A DNA stretch of 32,000 bases from Vibrio vulnificus CMCP6 (GTDB lineage: Bacteria; Pseudomonadota; Gammaproteobacteria; Enterobacterales; Vibrionaceae): assembly GCF_000039765.1 (NCBI RefSeq), contig NC_004459.3:660001-692000 (forward strand). Direction: 5' to 3'. Shown here in pieces: positions 31,177 to 32,000 of the stretch (the first letter of the stretch is position 1; every line of letters starts with the position of its first letter). A model generated the notes under the pieces. The model worked only from the letters and a program-made list of their open reading frames with translations. It was not told where the DNA came from and searched no databases. Both the position numbers and the translations under genes were made by a program.

Positions 31177-31287
31177 AACAACTTCCTAATTCCTTTTAAT
31201 CGGACCTGTTAATTGAAACAAAAGGCAAAAGCGCCTCGAAAAACAAATATTCTGCCCGAAAAAAATCGGACTAAACATGATTTAGAT

Positions 31288-31318
31288 GCAAAAAAGCCGC
31301 AAATAATATTGCGGCTTT
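31288..31318 (-). terminator. Rho-independent terminator of obg/cgtA
   Basis: aaagccgcaa (31293-31302) pairs with ttgcggcttt (31309-31318), a 10-bp stem. On the minus strand it runs into a U-tract (A-run 31290-31295 on plus). Confidence 0.8.
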
Positions 31319-31335
31319 TAATTGTAATATCTCGA

Positions 31336-32000
31336 TTACTCACGAACGTAGATAACGTGACCGTCATCTTCTTCATCGTCCCAGTCATCCCAGTCGTCGT
31401 CATCATCTTCAGTGATAACTTCGCCTTGATTTGCATCTGGGTGGTAATCCCACATGAAGTTCACTTTCTCTTCTTCAGAGACTTCTTGCTCTTCACGTGG
31501 CAACTGTTCCATAAAGTCAGCGAGTTTGTAACAAAGCTCTTTAGTACCCTGGCGATTCACCGCTGAGATCTTGAAGTATTGCTCTTCCCAGCCTAGCGCA
31601 TCAATCACTTCTTGAATGATCTCATCCGCTTGCTCTTCACTAACAAGATCCACCTTGTTAAATACTAACCAACGAGGTTTATTGGCCAATTTCTCGCTGT
31701 ATTGCTCTAACTCATCAATGATGGTCAGCGCATTTTGTACAGGATCCGATTGATCAATTGGGAAAATATCGATCATATGCAGCAGTACACGACAACGTTC
31801 TAAGTGTTTAAGGAAACGAATCCCCAAACCAGCGCCATCAGCTGCACCTTCAATCAACCCTGGAATATCAGCAACAACAAAGCTTTTCTCAGGAACAACA
31901 CTCACAACACCGAGACTTGGGATCAAGGTAGTAAACGGGTAATCCGCGACTTTCGGTTTCGCTGCAAAGACAGCGCGGATAAAGGTTGATTTACCAGCAT
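31336..32000 (-). CDS. obgE: GTPase Obg/CgtA, C-terminal part (5' end lies outside the window)
   Basis: The frame is open to the right edge. [36 protein letters not shown]...FNKVDL are the G-domain motifs. The acidic tail reads [24 protein letters not shown]. Confidence 0.94.
   Translation of the reverse strand, partial: AGKSTFIRAVFAAKPKVADYPFTTLIPSLGVVSVVPEKSFVVADIPGLIEGAADGAGLGIRFLKHLERCRVLLHMIDIFPIDQSDPVQNALTIIDELEQYSEKLANKPRWLVFNKVDLVSEEQADEIIQEVIDALGWEEQYFKISAVNRQGTKELCYKLADFMEQLPREEQEVSEEEKVNFMWDYHPDANQGEVITEDDDDDWDDWDDEEDDGHVIYVRE

Noticed and set aside
31177-31181. TTG 31181 as the start of the yjjP-like gene.
   Set aside because: The TTG directly abuts the AGGAAG SD with zero spacer. 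The properly spaced ATG 31176 is in the other frame and encodes a YjjP-like N-terminus, so a frameshift explains the data better.

Overview
The window looks like core chromosome of a Vibrionaceae (Vibrio-type) gamma-proteobacterium. That assignment is inferred from protein similarity and gene order, not from a search.

Left to right the genes are:
- glmS (5' part, minus strand), preceded by a DeoR-family regulator.
- pykF, an orphan GntR/FCD regulator, and a membrane sensor diguanylate cyclase.
- ilvIH, an ACSL-type acyl-CoA synthetase, and leuO.
- A three-gene envelope-looking insert: SH3 lipoprotein, PAP2 phosphatase, GT-B glycosyltransferase.
- The leu leader/attenuator and leuABCD, then a DUF547 protein.
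- djlA and the lptD-surA-pdxA-rsmA-apaG-apaH operon.
- Convergent folA, which follows yjjP/yjjB-like ThrE-family exporter genes, and the 3' part of obg/cgtA.

Nearly all coding capacity is explained by well-known housekeeping families. I saw no rRNA, tRNA, CRISPR, transposase, integrase or phage genes, and I cannot support a claim of a new multi-gene system.

The observations most worth a second look are small-scale:
1. An unannotated 43-codon hydrophobic ORF with a good Shine-Dalgarno, in an unusually long 480-bp convergent gap.
2. An apparent 1-nt frameshift at a C5/G5 run that splits the yjjP-like gene from its real start codon.
3. A perfect 8-bp x 7.5 CTAG-containing tandem repeat that fills the whole apaH/folA spacer and supplies both stop codons.
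4. The uncharacterised PAP2 + glycosyltransferase pair, translationally coupled, between leuO and the leu operon.
5. An orphan intrinsic-terminator-like hairpin just upstream of the leu promoter.
6. apaH, which needs a TTG start and carries GDIQG instead of the canonical GDxHG motif.

Several ORF-track starts are over-extended and were trimmed using homologous N-termini and SD positions.
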